A stretch of DNA of 64,000 nt from Octopus vulgaris (taxonomy: Eukaryota), in contig OX597827.1 of assembly GCA_951406725.2 (NCBI GenBank), forward strand, positions 76,384,001-76,448,000. Reading direction: 5' to 3'. The notes beneath the pieces were generated by a model. It was not told the origin of the DNA. It made no database searches and worked only from the letters and a program-made list of their open reading frames with translations. The number at the start of each line of letters is the position of its first letter. Position 1 is the stretch's first letter. Below are positions 59,710 to 64,000 of this stretch, in pieces. The position numbers were made by a program, and so were the translations under genes.

Positions 59710-61510
59710 TGCCCTCTCTTTCCTCCCACTCTCTATCGTTCTCTCTTCCTCCCTCTTCTCTCTGCTTTCAAAACCAAGTTTCCCTTCGTTCCTCCCCACC
59801 CTCCGTCGGTTTCTCTTGTCCTATTTATATATATAAACCTCTCTTTTTCTGTTTTCATTTATTTTATCATTGCCTTCTCTTTTCCTATCTATATCTATCT
59901 AAGTCTTCTTCTACTATTTATCATCGTATATTCTATTTTCTTTCTCGATCAAAAACTCAAAGAGCAGACGATACCATCATTTTCCCCCTCCAGTCCTCCC
60001 ATCTATCTATCTGTTCCACAATCTTTTCCTACTCCCTCTGTTTTTGAAGCCATTTAATAATACTCCCTCCTCCTTTCACTATTCTTTTACTCGTTCTCCT
60101 TTCTGTATCTTTTTCTGTCACTCTCTCTCTCGCCTCCATTCACTCTCATTCTTCTCCCCCGCTTGTCAGTCTCTCTCATTTTATTTCCTTTCGTCTTGCT
60201 TTCTTTCTATTCTTATTCTGCAAGCTTTTCCTTATTCCCTCTGTTAGTCTTACATGAGAAAGAGAAGAGATAGTCAGAAAAGAGTGAGAGTGAGAGAAGA
60301 GAGAGTCATAAAAAGAGTGAGAGAGAGAGAGAGAGAGAGTGAGAAGACAGTCAGAGAAAGAGTGAGAGAGAAAAGAGATAGTAAGAAGAGAGAGAGAAGA
60401 GATAGTCAGAAAAGAGTCAGAAAAGAGAGAGAGAGTCATAAAAAGAAAAAGACACATAGAGAAAGAGAGAGAGAGAGAAAACTCTAGCTTTCCCTTTCAT
60501 GTTTTCTCATTCTATTCCACATTCTCCTCCCACTCTCTGACAGTATATCATACAATCAATTCACTCTCCCTCCTTACACACTCCCTCTTATTGCCTACCA
60601 CACCATATACACACATACACGTATACACACACACACACATCCTCTTCCATCCCCCCTTTCTCTCTATGCGCCAGAGTCATTCGGTTTATTTTCTGTTTTC
60701 TATTTTGTTATCTCTTCCATCTTTCTCTCTCTCTCTCCTTCTCTTCCCCCTCTCTCTAACACTATTACTATCTTATCATCCTCTATCTTCTCCCCCTTTC
60801 TCTCGAATACACAGCCTCTCACCTCTCACCCACTCTCTCTATCTCTCTTACTCTCTCACCCTCTCTCTCTTCGATCTCTCAAACTGTTTTTTCACCCCCT
60901 ATTTTCCATTAATTTTCCTATTTCTCTATATTTTTTAAAATCTCCTCTTTATTTTTTTTTGCTACATCTCTCTCTTTTATACTTTAGTTATTTTATATGC
61001 TTCTAGCTTCTTATATTATTGTTTTATTTTATTTTTTTTTGTTGCTTTCATTATCTCTAACTCCCCGTCTCTCCCCACCCGTAACCTCGTCCTCTCCTTT
61101 GGTCTATCTTTATCTGTCTGTCTCTCTCTCTGTCTCTTCCTACGTCTCTCTTTTCTCCTCCTCCTCCTCCTCCTCTCTCTATATAGCTGTGCACTGTCCC
61201 CCCTCCTCTCCACACGTGTATCTGAGCTTTTAAATATTAAACACATACACACACACACATACATATATACACACACATACATATATACACATACATACAT
61301 ATATATGGTGAGAGAAAGAGAGTGGAAGAACAGGTCGGGGTGGGGGACGTGAAATGTGTTCCTGTGTGTTCATGACGTCAACAGAGAAGAAATTGGAGAA
61401 AGAGTAAGAGAGTACATAGGGAGAAAAAGAGAGAGAAAGAGAGAGAGACATAAAAGAGGGAGAGAGAAGAGCATTAAAAAGAGAGAGAGAGAGAGAGAGG
61501 GGGAAAGAAA
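59710..61510. repeat. Alternating polypyrimidine/polypurine (CT/GA-rich) low-complexity tracts
   Basis: Direct inspection. Confidence 0.75.
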
Positions 61511-63241
61511 GACATACATTGATGTCACAAGAGACAAAACTCATAATTGGAAAACACCAAGTTGGGTCCAAAATTTCTTTTAAAAAAAACCCTCTAACCA
61601 GACGGTGTTTGTAAATGTATAAATATGTATGTATAGTCAGGTATATATATGTTAACATAAGTCTCTTTTAGTTCTATGAGTTTGTATAACAGTAAAGACT
61701 ACCAGAGAAGATATTAAGACGTCTCTGGTTATTGGATTTAAGACTCGTCTTATCTGTGTGATATATACCTTCTCTCTCTCTCTCTCGTATGTATATACAA
61801 ATAATGATTGATAGGATCTTTAAAATCATGGAAATGGGCAAAGAACATCATGTTGATTTTTGGCTCAAGCGTTGATCTTCAAATATCAACATTTGAGTCA
61901 GAGCAAGATAATGCTGCAATGTTTTGAGACTTCTTACAAGGCTGCAGCAGGGGAGTCTACAGAGACAGCAATCTCAGAGGCGCTTGGATGGACGTTTGGT
62001 CTGCAAAAAGCAGTAGCCAAATTCCCGTTAAATCAGACCCACAACATCTTGGAAGGAATGGGTAACATCAGATAATGTAATAGATAGGCATTGCCTTCTA
62101 CCCGTGATAAAAAGCCAAGACAGTCATGGCTGGAATACCATTGATTTATAGGTGTACTTAGTCAAGGCTCACCTGGGGCTAAAAGGTCAATGGCACTAAA
62201 TAAGCCATCAGGAAGGTCAGTGGCCTGGCTATAGGGTGTCCTAGCTGGAGCAGCTCTTCAGTTTGTGGACAATCTGCCCCCCCCGGCCCCAAACCTACAC
62301 AGAATTACACACCACACCCAAAAGTACCACCCTCGTAAAAACATCACCCAAGAGAGAGAGCTCCCGATCACCCATACCGACTGCACTACAGATCGAAGCA
62401 TGGGTGGTCTTGGATAAAAGAACAGGATTATCATGACTGGAGTGTCTTTGATATTAGTCCTGCTGGATAAGGGCTGACCTGGGGCTAAACAATTGAAAAT
62501 ATATACTTTTCTGTTAAAGGTTTTCACCCCTATTTCAATAAACCTTATCCATTCACATATACCAACGTCTTTACTATATCATACAACCAATTCTGTTCAA
62601 GAATACAATTCTGGCATTGCTCACTTCTATATTTACAACTCCTACAAAAGAATGGCAAGTCATTTTCTTGCTTCAATGTGGAATGAAAAGTTCATACAAA
62701 AATTCTTCGCATTTCATTGAATATCATTATATTCCAAGTTTATATGTTCACCAGGGCACTTCCTTATTTTACAAGTATCAAGGTCCTGCTATGACCAACT
62801 ACCCTTAAGAAAAAAATTATTCTATATTTTTCTTTCATTTTCTGTTTGTTCCTTGCTGTAAGGAAATCTCAGTTGTCCTCACTTCGCTGAGTCTACTACT
62901 CATTAAAAACACAGCAAAAAATCTATGTTTTGATGCTCTTTAAAAAATTTTTTGGTACCATGTCTTCACCTTTGCTTCCAGTTCAAGTATGAAATGGCTA
63001 TGGCACCCACAAAACCACCATCCACCAATACATCTTAAAGAACTGCAATCACCCACCCGACTGGGATCCCTTTACTACTAAATATATTTTCACTAATGTC
63101 TAACGTTAATTCTCTTACAATTAACAGCTTTAAGGTCTTGGGGGGGGGGGCAGGAAGAGGAGAGAAAGCTATGGGTGGATCACATGTTACTGAGTAAAAA
63201 CCATCACATTATTCATTCTACAATAGTGGCTTGCATATTCC

Positions 63242-63540
<299 letters not shown>

Positions 63541-64000
63541 TGTATATACACAAACACACATAAGCAAATCGCAGGACAAAAAAGAACAGGAAAAACCAAA
63601 AGTCAATTAGACGTACATAGATTAATGTTCATTGAAAGGTCTAGATGGGAAAATGGGGGAGCAGGAGTGATGTTTTGAGGAGGGCTCTTTGTCAGATAGA
63701 AGTAAAGGTTGAAAGAAGAAGAAAAGGAAAGAACAGATAGTCTGGAGAGAATCACACACATACACACACATTGTGTGTACAGAGTTAGATGTACGACAAC
63801 CACTACTGTAAGAGTTAAAGCTCCACATAGTACAGTGGTTAGTCAACCACTGCATTTAGCAGTGTCACTAATTGTGATATACAGAGAAGATGTGGTGGAA
63901 CATTTAAGATAAACATTTAGCTTCTACATATGTTTCAACATGACAATTAACTGGAACTCAGCACTGGAGGTTCCAATGCCATTTGGATGTCTAACTGCAA

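Overview
Eukaryotic, AT-rich, repeat-saturated genomic DNA, most likely from an octopus (coleoid cephalopod). This is inferred from the density of microsatellites, the dispersed tRNA-derived SINE-like families and the single-coding-exon multi-C2H2 genes. Only two long ORFs are credible host genes, and they are convergent C2H2 zinc-finger genes about 41 kb apart. The + strand gene (ATG 10859-13558) has 19 tandem fingers built on an exact 4-finger/333-nt period, plus a polyQ tract. The - strand gene (ATG 57394-54455) has about 16 fingers, including a run of widely spaced single fingers with nearly identical recognition helices. The rest is SINEs (at least three families), hAT-like and piggyBac-like MITEs, a non-autonomous Helitron, decayed mariner and DD37D (maT) transposons, a TSD-flanked RTE LINE 3' fragment and simple repeats. 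The most notable structures are: a 7 x 230-bp chimeric SINE tandem array just behind the first ZNF stop codon; a cluster of minimal hammerhead-ribozyme-like motifs near 48 kb; and a 1.35-kb minisatellite that shifts from monomeric units to a 127-bp higher-order repeat. Nearly all other ORFs in the track are microsatellite or SINE artefacts. No database searches were run, so family names are pattern-based and repeat boundaries are approximate.
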